Shown: positions 39,985 through 52,439 of the stretch, in pieces | Layout: each line of letters begins with the position of its first letter | Numbering within the stretch: the first letter of the stretch is position 1 | Source: Glaucostegus cemiculus | Lineage: Eukaryota | DNA: 64,000 nucleotides | Reading direction: 5' to 3' | Assembly: GCA_976551045.1 (NCBI GenBank) | Contig: CDPCPM010000151.1 | Span: forward strand, 4,588,001 to 4,652,000 | Translations under genes and position numbers: made by a program | The notes under the pieces: model-generated | The model's database searches: none | Told to the model about the DNA's origin: nothing | Seen by the model: the letters and a program-made list of their open reading frames with translations, nothing else

Positions 39985-41962
39985 GAGTTCTCCTTTCAGG
40001 TTGCTGATCTTTTATCAAAACTGGGTTATGTGAATGGAGCAGATTTTCCGATGAAGGGAAAGTAGAGGAGGGAGGGAAAGAATAAAAAGGGAAGTTCTGT
40101 GTTAGGGTGAAGGGTACGAGAAATTAAGTGACAAGAGCTGATAGTACAAAGTGGAAGATGGCAAGTAGTAAGAGAGGGAGTAAGTGAAGATTAAGAATTT
40201 AAAATTATCAGACAAATGTAGAGTGACTGCTGAAAATCTAAAATAAACACACCAGAAAAGCTCAGTGTCTGCAATTTCTGAGTCCAGCTTTGTTCAGAGA
40301 AAGTAATGTGCCAGTAGGAAGATGAAGTGCTGCTCCTCAAGCTTGAGTTGAGCTTTGTTGGAACACTACTGATTTGAGGTGGAGGATCAATGTCAGAGGG
40401 GGTGAGGTGATGAATGATACAGGGCTGTGAAGGAGATATGAGTGGAGATAACAATTGAACCAGAGCTAGGGGCAAGCAAACCCTCCAGAATGCTGAAGGG
40501 GGGGGGGGGGTGGTGGTGGTGGTGGTGAGGTGAGGAGGAGATGTCTGCTGGTGGCATCATTTTGGAGGAGTACAAAAATAGAGAGAATTATCCATTAGAT
40601 ATGAAAGTTGGGTGGATGGAAAGCGAATACAAGGTGAACTTTATCCTGGAATTAGCTGGGACGAGTAGGGGTGAAAGGAGGAGTGTAGCAAATAAACGGA
40701 TATGGTTGAGAAACCTGCTAACAATGGTGGTGAGGTATCCATGTTTGTAGAAAGAGAAAGACTTATTGAAAGTATAGGTATGGAAGGTCCATCATGAGAA
40801 TGGGTGGAGATGGAAACTAGGAGAATGGAATGGGGCCCTAGCATAAAGCTATGCTAGAGGAAATGCAATCAAGGCAAGCATGTGGTGGAGACAAGAAAGA
40901 CTGCAGATGCTGAAATCTGGAGCAACACACACAAAATGCTGGAGGAATTCTGCAGGCCAGGCAGCACCTATGGAGGGAAATAAACAGTCGACGTTTTGGG
41001 CCAAGACCCTTCATCAACGTGTGGTGGATATTGGCTGCTAACTTATTGCCTGGAGAAATTAAAGAAATTGAAGGTGGGACTGGAGTCTGAGAGGGATTGT
41101 GTGGAGGTGTGATGGTGAAAATCAGCAGCAGAGTTGATGAAATGTTCTACTTCAGGACAGAAGCAGAAAGCAACAATGATACAGTCATCAGTGAATTGGA
41201 TAAAGAAGTAAGGGAGTGGACTTGAGTAGGATTGAAACAATGAATGTTACACATAGAGAAACAGCATTGCTGAGGCAGAAGAGAATGGATCTGACAGAAA
41301 CTTGTGAAGATTTAGCTAGTGACTGCGGCAGAACTTGGAATCGAGCCCAGTTTTGTGACGCATCCAGCCTCTCATTTTCACTGGTACAAATTGGCATCAA
41401 CAAACTGCTCGTGCACAGGTTCCCATAACAACACCTTTTATTTGCAGAATGTGAGTGGAGTCAAAGGACATTTTTTTGTGTGAGACTGATTCAACCCAGC
41501 AGAGGAGGGTAGTGATGGAAGAGGACGAGATGGACCTCTGATTGAGGAGAGGATTTTTCCTTCAAGGATGCTTTGGTTCATTCTTCAACTCCATCAATAG
41601 CCACTCCATTTCTCAAGTCAACTTCCTGCAGAATTGCAGGAGATGTGACAGCTTCCCATTTACCTCCTCCTTTTCCACCAGGGCTCCAAATGTCTTTCCA
41701 GATAAAGCAGCTATTTGTTGTACTTTCAATTTAGTGTTCTGTATTTGAGGCTCATGATGTTGTCGCCTTTTCAGGAGGGAGACTAAACAGAGATTAGCTG
41801 TCCACTTTACAGATAATCTCCATTAATTCTGCAAAAATGATCCAGAGCCTCCAGTCACCTGTCACTTTTTCTATCTGATTCCCACTCCACTGGAAGAGTG
41901 TAAGAGCTTGAAGCTCAAATGTAAACTCCAGGAGTAGCACCTCATCTTCCATTAAGGCACAT
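39985..41962. mobile_element. Decayed Penelope-like retroelement with inverted halves
   Basis: Minus strand: RT (FQSYSSPLPYFFIQFTDDC..FIN.AADFH) and KLEEQHFIF C-terminus. Plus strand 41570-41962: GIY-YIG remnant (CRRCDSFPFTSS, NLVFCI, ETKQRL) and the same C-terminus. Confidence 0.85.
40890..41017 (-). mobile_element. Younger Penelope-terminus insertion nested in the older element
   Basis: Well-preserved GACTGCAGATGCTG...GACCCTTCATCA flanked by TGTGGTGGA at 40881-40889 and 41020-41028. Confidence 0.8.
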
Positions 41963-42076
41963 GGTGTGAAAGGGGGTTAGCCAAAGCTCCACAACCATGC
42001 ATATGAAAATGCCAGAAGATTATTAAGATAGCAGCTCTCTCTTAGTAGGTCAACTCTGTTTCACATCTCCCACCAG

Positions 42077-42191
42077 GAAGCTGCCGCCCTTATTGCACTG
42101 CGGGATGGAAATCCAAGGGAATTCTTTAAGCAGCGAGAAAGAGCCATGACAACAAGTTTTGAGACTGCACATTTTTCGGGTCAAAGACCAG
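42077..42191 (+). CDS. DBN1: Drebrin exon 10: EAAALIALRDGNPREFFKQRERAMTTSFETAHFSGQRP
   Basis: cccaccag|GAA...CCAG|gtatga; 115 nt, phase 0-1; matches EAAAIIAQRPDNPREFFKQ. Confidence 0.94.
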
Positions 42192-44219
42192 GTATGAAAC
42201 AATCTCTACTGTTCCTATTGCCACATCTCCAACCCCTCATTCCCCCCTTGACCTCTCATTCTCCATGAAAATTCCTTCCATCCAAACGGCAGAATTAATG
42301 GTTCTGTCCATCCTGTTATCATCAAATCCATTTCAAGATCAGTAAATATAAAGTGGTTGTTTACATTGCAACCTGTTTAGATGCTTGTTGAAATTATTGT
42401 GACGAGGTGATCAACATCAAGATTTGAGCTAAATAACTCAACATAAAGCCAAATGCTACTCGTACACCATTAATTATGTGTCATTAATGTTTTTGACTTG
42501 GTACTTGATTGTTGCAAGTAATGTCAGTGATTCACTTGGGCTATAACTGATCACAACAGCCAAATGATGGTGGCATGGAGTGAAATCTGATCTTTTCAAT
42601 TGGCTAAATGGGTGGGAAGGCCAATGAAGTAACCTATGCATGGAATGGAATTAATCGTGTTGAATGACCTGGTCTGGAATTATGCAGAGTGATGTGAATG
42701 TTATTAGGTAGCATAGTGAAAATTGGTGATTGAATCAAGTAATTCATCTGAAAAATGTTCAGGGAAAACCTGCTCATACCAGAAGAAAATAAAAGGGAGA
42801 AGAACATTTAGTTATCTGAAGTCAAGTAATTAGACATGGGGTGAAGATATAATCAGCTGGACCAACTGATATAATTGAGGCTGGGATAACTCGTGCCTGG
42901 ATGTGATGGTTAGTTTAACTGGTTGAAGTTGAGCCACTTATGGACAAGTTGATTCCTGTTTGGGGAAGAAGTTTTAATGATAATTGAGCACCCCAAAATG
43001 TTTTCATACAGCGTGCTCCTTGAGCCAATTTTCATGGTACAATTAACAAGTGAAATTACGATTGAACGTTCTGATGAACAGGGCTCCACTGTATAAAATA
43101 TCTTCCTGCTTGTAAAGGTTTATGGTTGGAGCAGAAACAGAACTCAGCACTTGTTGCAGCTACTGTCCTTTACTTTACACTTGGGTTTATAACTCTTAAT
43201 TAAACAAGGTCACAGTACTGTACTGTTTTTTTCAGAATAATGGAGGGGTACTTTGAGGGAAGAAGATGCCTACAGCAAGCAAACTTTTAATAAATGCTTA
43301 ATGATATTAATTAGTTAAAGCTATTCTGTACTTCAGCATTGCATGTACAGTTTGGTTTTCTGATGTATCTCAAACTGAAATGGAAGCAATCTGATGTTTA
43401 AAAATGTTCACGTCTGATTACTAACAAACAATGCCATTGAGTTAAAACGCTTCAAGATACTTATTTGGTTAAAGCATGTCAAATCTTTGTAAGAAGTGTG
43501 GAAGGAGAAACATTTTGAAGGATTGGTTTAAAAGCAGAGAATGAAATTCCAGGAAGAACCCTTCTGGTCCCTTATCACTGGTGGTAGCTTCAGCCCTACT
43601 TTACAGTACTTGTCTTGACTTTCTTCCCAATGATGCTGTCAATGGTGTGAGACTTCTCATATGCATCTAGTGCCAACCTTCCCAAAGCTGGCTCTCCAAT
43701 ATTAGGTCTGGGACCTGCTTCCCAATACTACTCTCAGAAATGTAGAACTCTTGTTAACATAAGGCCTTTAACAATACATTGCCCTCTGCATCTTATCTAT
43801 TTTACCTATAATTAGAATGTAGGTTATCCACACTAATTTCAGGTGATGGGTAAATAGTTCTGGAGCACAATTTTCCCGACTATGTTATAAGTGAATGTTG
43901 GAAAAATGGTTTAAACTTTGGGCTATTTTATTTCTTTTAGCAAGAGCTCATTATGGGTCCTTGAATTTTATAGGAAAAAGATAAATTCATCAGTCAATTC
44001 GGCTCTCATTTAAGTTTACATTCAGGATCATTTCAACAATTCCATGCTGTTTACCTGTCATATAAAAATCGGTAATCTGTCCATTCTATAACTTTCAACC
44101 TTATCCATTTTGGTTGTGTTGCATAACTGCTTATTCCAACTGATTTTTGTGCCAATCGATGGTCTTCTGCAGCCAAGACCCACTCATCAAATCAACGATC
44201 AATCTCTCCTTCCTAGGCA

Positions 44220-44760
44220 GTCCCCTGGAATTAAGGGTGACTGGCACTCACTCCAGTTTGGTGGGTTCAGAGGTGGTCAATGAGACCAAATTGGGAAATG
44301 GAGTTTTTCCATGTGTGGGGCAGGTGTGATGTCTGAGTGGAGTGGGTGGTTTGTGAGATGCTGCGCTTCTTTTGCCATTTACGCTGGATTTCTGTGTGCT
44401 TCAAATGCAGGGACTTGAGGTTCAGGGGCCAGATATTACCAAAAATCAGTGGGGTTGTTAAATTTTTCCAAAGAGGATTGGAAAAATGAATCTTTTCCTC
44501 TGTCTACCTGCTGATCTCTTCCCTTGTCGGAGATTGTAATGAGTGTCTAGTATTGGATGTGACCTGCCCAGTAAAGCTGACAGAGTGTAATTAAGGCCTC
44601 AGTGCTGAGGATGTTGACCTGAGAGAGGACAGTGACTTTGGTTCACATATCCCTGTGGTGAATTTGGAGAAGTTTGCAGAGATGGCTTTGGTGGTATTTT
44701 TCCAATGTCTTGAGATACCTTCAGAAACGTATAGGAGAACAGGAATCAATCCTGCCCAGC
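44220..44760 (-). mobile_element. RTE-clade LINE relic
   Basis: Reverse complement reads RYLKTLEKYHQSHLCKLLQIH...VLSQVNILSTEALITLCQLYWAGHI. Confidence 0.8.
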
Positions 44761-45972
44761 AGACCATGATGTTAGTGCCAGGGTTTATACCAACCAGGTT
44801 ATTATAAATTCAGATGATAGCAGACTGCATTTATAATGCTATCAAATATTTGTCAGTTTCAACAGATTGTATTCAGTACTGTAGGTGACAGCATATACAG
44901 TTGAGTCTATGATGAATACTCTAGATGGCGTTTCATTAGTTAATATTGTGACAAAGTGATGTGTATTGGGGTCTGGGCATTGTTTTGTTGGGCAAACCCT
45001 CTGCTATTGACCTGTGGCCTGTCTACTGCTCTGATCATACAATGCAGGAAGGATCAAAAGGATAGAGATGAAAATCCAGCACCTTCCCTGAATCTCACTG
45101 AGAATGTTTTTCCTTTGTTCATATTTTGAAAATCTCTTTTTAATAAGTGAAACCCAATCAATTCAAAGTTGTGGAGTAATCTCTTGAAATGAGAACACTT
45201 TCTTACATTGGTGAACAGGTGTTCACAAGTTATCTGGAGGGATATAATGATTTCTAGTACAGTGGAGCCGTGTTATTATCATACCCAGCTTACAATGGTT
45301 CTCAGTCCAGCAAATGAACTGGCTTCATAAATAACAGAAACATTAGAAAGCCAAAAACTGTGAAAGTGATTGCACCAGAATGAGGGTGGGGGTGCAGGCT
45401 GCTGGCAAAGGGTGGGGAATGGAGGAAATTAGAGGGCGAAAGTAAATGAGATTATAAAAGGGGGTCTAAAGTAGTTGACAAAAGGGGATTTAAAAACTCG
45501 ACACTAGAAAATGGGTATGAGCAAAAAATTGATGGTAGAAGAAGCAGCTGGGTAAGGGGAGGCAATGGAAAATATATATGAAAGGAAGAGGAAATTATTT
45601 TTAAAGACAGATTTCTAAGCCTTCAATAGCTTAGAACAATTTTGGTGCAAAAACAAAATGAAGTAACTCTTCTCCAGTAGGTGGGAGCAGCTCAGATTTA
45701 ATATCTCTCTGAGATGAGGTGATTGGTGAATTAAGTGGCATAGTTCAAGTAAGAGATTAGCCGAAAAGTTTTCAATGACAGCAATGGCAATGCATGAAAA
45801 TTAGTTAAGTGTCAGAATCTTTTAATTAGATACTTAGAATGGTATGACAATAAATGGGTTACACTGTATTAGTTGCATTACCCACCTCATCAATCCCCTT
45901 TGCTACCCCCTTAAATCTCTTAGCTTTTTGCTGTTGTGTGTTACTGACTGATGTGACACATTCTCCCCACAG

Positions 45973-46095
45973 GTCGAGTGAACAGCCCTTTCCTTAAGAA
46001 TCAGAACAGTCTGCCCGAGCGATCATGGTCCCCTCCAAGATCCCCTTGCCCTCGAATTGCTGCTAACCATAGCCCCTTCCAGTCTTTCCCCTCAT
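45973..46095 (+). CDS. DBN1: Drebrin exon 11, homologous to drebrin A insert (ins2): GRVNSPFLKNQNSLPERSWSPPRSPCPRIAANHSPFQSFPS
   Basis: ccccacag|GT...T|gtatgt; 123 nt, symmetric phase 1-1; resembles RPYCPFIK...SPPRTPFPYI. Confidence 0.85.
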
Positions 46096-49000
46096 GTATG
46101 TATACTTTCTAATTAAATATAGAGTATCATGTTTCTTGGAATAGAAGCATGCACTTTCTAAGTATGGAGACTCTTATGGGCTTCCATACACTACGCAAGT
46201 TCACCTACGTTACTAAACAGCTTTGCATTTGAGAAATGATGCTGCAGTTCTAAACCAAATCCTAATGCCCCTGGCTCGGAGCCTTAGGAAAACAGAGAGT
46301 GCTCTTCTTTTGAAAAGAGATTTATCAGTGGGAAATTAAACAAGCAGACTTGCCTGCTTTTTAATTTTTTTTTAAATTGAAGATATGGCATATAGCTCTG
46401 TTCTCAACATTCTTCTGTCAGTGCAAGTCACTTGAACATCCACAATGCTGAAGATACAGAAGGAGGAGAGGGGCTTTGCTAGAAGCAGTAAACACTAGTC
46501 AGTGCGGACTGCAGTCATTCGTTCTGAAGATTTAATGACCCCTTTTTTTTGCTTTCATTTATGCCAAACGGCCATGTCTGACCCTCTGGTGGATGAAGAA
46601 GGTCCTACGAAAGGCGGGATTTGTTCTTTTAGTCTTGATCAACATTTATCATTCAACAGCAGTTTTGGTGGTGTTGAATGATAAATGTTGATCAAGACCA
46701 AACAAAAAAACTTGGTGTCCTCCATGTTTGTGCCTGAATGCAGTCATCTGGATTTAAACCAAATACACAACTTAAAAGGTCGGAGCTTTAGGCAAAATTG
46801 AATATGTGCATACCTTTGATATGCCTAAATCTCCTTGATCTTTTGCCTTCTGTCTAAATAAATCTCTGCCAAGCTTCTCACACTCAGACGTGGGTATAAT
46901 TTGACACTAGCAACTTGGGTGTAATTCTGCAATATCTAAGTTAAATTGTAGTGAACCTAACAAAAAGCAACATCAGTCAAAAACTATGAATTTTCCACTC
47001 CCACTTCCCATTCCGTTTGCTATAATGATTAATTTCCTTCTCATTTGGACAATGAGGTGTGATGTTGTCAATGCTGCCATTACTACTTGTGGGCATTACT
47101 GTGTTTTCCTCCATTACAACAGTATTGGCAATTTAAAATGTACATAATTGATTTTAAAATGTGTTGGAAATCCAGGGGTCTTGAAAGATGCTATGCGATC
47201 TAGCTTCCTTTGGTCCTTGCTATTTGTCACAGATTTCTATTTGTTACTGTATGAAATTTGCCTTTGATGAATTAGTGCTTTGCCAGCAACAGATTTGCAC
47301 ACCAACAGCCCTCATGTACAGGTTATTAATCAAGAAACTTTTATAATAGCTTTTCAGCTTGATAAACATCTATTCCTGGGTGACCCACTCAACTATTCTG
47401 CCTTGTAGATCCAGCCTTCTGCTCTGAAAGATTGAACATTGCTAACATTTCTGGGACCTAGCTAGAAATTTAACCAAAACAAAGGTTTTCCGTCTTTGTT
47501 AAAGTTAAATAATTTCAGATTCTTCTGAACTGCTACAGTTAGTTTGTAAGTAGTCTACAGAAGGTTCCTATAAATTTATGACCATAAGAGTTCTATAAAA
47601 TGTAAGTATGGATATGTTAGGTTTTCAGGCAGTGTAGCAGGTACCTGATTTTCGAAATGTTTCCTACTCAACATGCATAGTAAAGAGCAAACCTGGGAGG
47701 TATTCTCTCTTGCACTCCACTGTGATTAATCTGGCATAAAATCACAAGCTGTTGCACAGCAAAGACAAAACCCTTGCTTTCCCCTTCAAAATAATATTTG
47801 TCTTATTTATTTAGCTGGGGTAGCAACATAAACTGAGCTGGATTGAACTTGAGAAAGAGCAACATCAACCAAAAAATATGGATTTTCTATTTCTACTTGT
47901 CATTGTTTCCATTTTTACAATTCATATCCTTCTCATTTGGACAATAAGGCTCAACCTGTGACATACTGTCTTGCAAAACAGAAGGATGAATGAAGTTACC
48001 TAAAATTTTAATATCATAGCTCCAAAAAGAGGTGGGCTTTTTATTTATTCATTTTCCAGGATTTGGGTGTCAAATTTATTGTCCATCCCTAATTGCTCTT
48101 GCCTCTATTTGATTCGAACCACCATAATCCTTCTGGTGAAGGTACTCACACAATGCTGTTGGGAGACACGATTTCAGATCCAGAGACAATGAAGGAACAA
48201 CAATATAGTTCCTATGCTGTTCAACACTGGGAAACTGCAGGTGGTGGTGTTCCCATGTGCCTGACGTTCTTGCCCTTGTGGTAGAGACTGTGGTTTTGGG
48301 AGGTGTTTTTGGTATAGCTTAAGCAATTAAATGTAGTGCATTGTGTAGATGGTACCCAGCAGCCACTGTGCACTGGTAGTGGATGAGGTATTAATCAAGT
48401 GGGCTTCTTCGTTCTGCATGGCATCAAATTTCTTGAGTGTTTTTGGAGTCACCCTCATCGAGACAAGTGAAAGGTGATATTTCACACTCCTAATTTGTGT
48501 CTAGAAGACGGTGGAAAGGCTGGTGAGTGACTGACACCCAGAATCCATGTACAGGGGGAAAGACCATAATTTAAACACAGTTACCCTCACTGAATGGGAG
48601 AAAAACTGGAGAATGCATGGATCTGTGCCAGTCTCAGATGCTTCATGGTGGCCACTTATTGCCAGATGTCAACAGAGGTCTACAATCCTGGCATCTGTCC
48701 ACTTGCTTAGTAGGACACCCATGCAAATCCCAATGGGATCTGCAAGACAGAACGAAAATTAATCAATTAAAAAGTTTATTGAAATGACTACAGAGGCAAG
48801 GGATCTGCATTTAAAAATAACTTGCATATGTTGAATCATGTGAAAAGGCAGAAAAAGATAGTTAATGTGTGAGAATAATAATAGACTGGGTGGGTGTAAT
48901 AATGAGAGTGGGGCTGAAGGAGATGATGTTGCTTTAGTTTTCAGTCTCATCTTTCCTTGGGCCAGCTTCCTTCCGTTTAAAAATAGATCACATACATGTG

Positions 49001-51164
49001 TAAGTTTGTCTTTTTAAAATGTGTTTCCTGCACTTGGGCTGCATCCTCTTCTGGCATTTCAGCTTTCATTTATCTCCTGCTCTTGGTACCTCCTCTAGAC
49101 ACACCTTCACAAGCCTCTCTCGGTCAGCACCAGCACTACTTCTTTCATTCAGTCTCTCCTAGGCTCCACAGACCTTTTCTTGCTCTTATCTTCCCTTCCC
49201 TTCCCGCTTTTCTCTATGGCTTAAACTAGTTTCATTTCTAACTCTCCCCAGTTTTGACGAAAGATCACCAATGTGAAATGTTAAGTCTGTTTGCTTTCAG
49301 TTTATGTATTAGCCAATGCAAGTCATGCCCACTTGAATGGTATTCCATTTGTCACATTAGACAGCTACTGGTGCACCATGGCTGTGGAGTGTACATCTAC
49401 AACATGCCTTTGAGCAATTTACCAAAACTTCTTCAGCATTTCCAAACTCTGTCAGCCAGTGGGTGTGTGAGAACACCACCACCTGCAGGTTGCCCTCCAA
49501 GCTGCCCACCATCCTCAAATGATGATAGATAGTCAATCCTTTGCTGTCACTGGCTGAGAATCCTAGGGCTCCCTGTTTAACAGCACAGTGGAAATATGTT
49601 CAATGCAAGAACAATTCAGGATGGCAACTCACCATCACTTTCTCAAGAATAATCAGAGATGGGCAATGAATAGGCTTTGCCAGTAAAATCCTACATTCCG
49701 CAGGAGAGTTAATAATGTTTTAAACTTTGGAAGGTGCAAGAGCTCTTCAGGCTAAACCTTGGGCCACAATTCTGAAATATGTCTGCTGATTAGGCAGCTT
49801 CTGAGTAATGGTCCAAAAATCTTTCATTAAGGAATTTCCATGATTCTCTCCCAATTTCACTACCGAGTGCCCGTGGAAGATCAGTAGAAGTGCTGTGCAA
49901 ATAAAGTCAGTGTTTGCAGCAGCTATTAATGTGGTTAAGCAGGAATTCTACTGATGCACTGACTGCACAGTCAGTCACAAAGTACTTGAAGTGTACTTGG
50001 AAACAGTCACATTTTTAATAAAGAAAAGGTTAGAGTTTATAAAATAAATCATTTGTTTCCATACTTTGAATAGAAATGCATATCGTAAGCAAGATTTTTT
50101 TTAATCCCTTGTATCCTGAAAAAGGGGTCATAATGCTTGGGTAGGTTCTATGGGCAGCATCATGTTCAGGTACCTTACCATCTAACTTTTCTTGGTATAC
50201 AAGCCCAGATAGTGAGTGTGGATGATTTATCCATTTGTTGGAACCGCCAATAGACCAACCAGCCATTTGAATCCTAGTTTCCAACAGAAGACATGGGATA
50301 ATGGTCAGAAATTAGGCTTCTGATTAATTCTCTCCCTCACATAATGGGTAGAGCTGTCCTAGTTGAGATCATGTAACTCAAGGACAAAACTTGCAGTTTC
50401 ATGGCTCAGTTCCCTTCATTTATCAGTGCATTTTTCATTAAGCTGTTCAAAGACAATTTACTATTTCTAATAAATCAAACTTTTTTTTAAAATAATGCAT
50501 ATAGTCATGGGGATATTACTGCTATTACAGCCACCTCATAAGTCAAATCAAACACAGCAGGGAGGATTTTGAGGTTACAAACAATATTAAATGCTACTTT
50601 GAAATGTGCCAGGAATAAAATATAGGGATTGAGCTGGCTCAGGTTTGTGACAAAATTGTCATTCAGAGCATTTATTATTGCTCATATCTGAGCTTCCAAA
50701 TGTAAATACTGTCCAATGAGAGGGAAATTAGATGTGGGAACATTTATCCAAATTAATACACACTTGGAAGCTTCTAAGGAGACACAATCTGTATGTTTGA
50801 TGTTGATCATGGTTAAAATAAATGGAAAGAACATCTCAGTAAAAATTGTGGTAAATATGTATGCGTACTACTTTCACTTAGTCCGTCAAACTGGAAAGTG
50901 TTCATTTGTGGAATATTAATGGCTGGTAAGTTAGAAATTTCTAAAAAAAATAATTTTGGTGTGGAAGTCCCAGTGGATTCAATCTGTTTCATTGTTTATT
51001 GGAAATTCCATGGAATATTCTTCTAGCTCTAGGAGTGTTCTGTGTATGTACATGTGGCTCACTTGAAGCTTGTCCCATCCCTACCAACCACTCTCAGCTG
51101 CCCTAGTGATTCTGCTTTTTGTATGTATTAATGTTTCATTTCAACTGTCCTGCAGTCCATACAT

Positions 51165-51495
51165 GCTTCAAAAAAGTTTTATATTCCTGCCTTTCTTGTC
51201 TCCAGAAAGCAGTTTCATATTCCTATCATACACATATCTGAAAACCAATTGCATCTTTTCTTGCATGCTACAGAAAGTAAGTTCCACCTTCCTATTTTTG
51301 TTGTTTACCTCAAAGTAAATTTCGTCTTCTCTGTGTGCCAGAAAAGCAGTTCCATCTTTCTGTCTTCTGTTTGTGCATTAGAAGGTAAGGTCCATCTCAC
51401 TGACTTTCTGAAAAGCAGTTCCACATTCTTATCTCCCTTGAGTGCCTACAAAGGTAAGCTGTTGTGTGCCTCAAAAGCAAATCCAATACCAAGCT
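51165..51495 (+). repeat. Degenerate 30-40 bp tandem array (GAAAAGCAGTTCCA / GAAAGTAAGTTCCA units)
   Basis: About 9 units recognisable by eye, each a purine motif followed by a pyrimidine/TGC-rich spacer. Confidence 0.65.
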
Positions 51496-52295
51496 AGCCT
51501 ATAACCTTTTTATATCAAGTTTCACTTGATTTATCATCCTTGTGCATTGTCTGTGTCCAAACTTCCATCTTTCAAGGTGAATTTGGATTCTGACAATGCA
51601 AGTAAAGATGTTCATTGGTCAATTCCCTGATACTTAACCAGGTGAAAGCAGACTTTTACAATCCTTAGTCCAAGCTGTATAGGAGGAATTACTCTGCCTC
51701 ATGTTCTGTAATGGGCAGTAAGTTAATTCATTTTATATTTTTAATCAATCCTTTAATTAAAGGCAAAACCATATTAGAATAAAAGAATAAGGCATTTCAG
51801 TCCTTAATTAATTATTGCCCCAAATAAGAAAAACCTCTTTGGCAATCTCCAAGGAAAATTCTGATGGCTCCTCTCAGAAAATTAAGTCCTCCTTTGTATG
51901 TAAACATGTATCAATATTAACTGGGAAATATGCTGCGAGGTTATTTATAAAGAGCAATTGTTTATTTAATCACAGTTCGTCTAAGAAGTCATTTTCAATT
52001 CTACAAGTTTAGTTCTGGGTGACAGCATGAGCATTTTTGACTAAAATATTCCACTATTCAAACTCCCTTATTGGGTGAATTGATCAGTTTCTGATCCTTT
52101 TAAAATCAGTTGGTCCCACAAGTTCTCTACAGTTGCATTAACAAATGCCTAATTCACTTTTTTCTGCATAATTGACAAAGCAGTGTCTAGATTTTAAAAA
52201 TATTAAAAGGAAAATTATGAAACATCATAATATAAGTTTGAGATTTGGTGGTAGTTCTAGTTTTATATTGATTTTTTACTTTCAACCCTCTACAG

Positions 52296-52439
52296 CCCAC
52301 CAGACACATTTTGAATCCACCAGACTGGAAGATGTAACATCCTTCAGTGCTCCAGATCCAAGCATTGTTGCAACACCAATATATGAGGAGAATGAAGAGG
52401 CTGTAGAGGAAGAACTTTCAAATTTAATTCTGGATGCAG
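52296..52439 (+). CDS. DBN1: Drebrin exon 12: SHQTHFESTRLEDVTSFSAPDPSIVATPIYEENEEAVEEELSNLILDA
   Basis: ctctacag|CC...GCAG|gtattg; 144 nt, phase 1-1; TPIYEENEEAVEE resembles TPVAEQIERALDE; lies in ORF 52172-52621. Confidence 0.82.

Noticed and set aside
40498-40540. G-run plus (GGT)n as a functional G-quadruplex
   Set aside because: Simple repeat expansion inside a decayed Penelope; nothing suggests function.
51165-51495. CRISPR-like repeat-spacer array
   Set aside because: Units are degenerate and variable in length, spacers are low-complexity, there are no cas genes and the context is a vertebrate intron.
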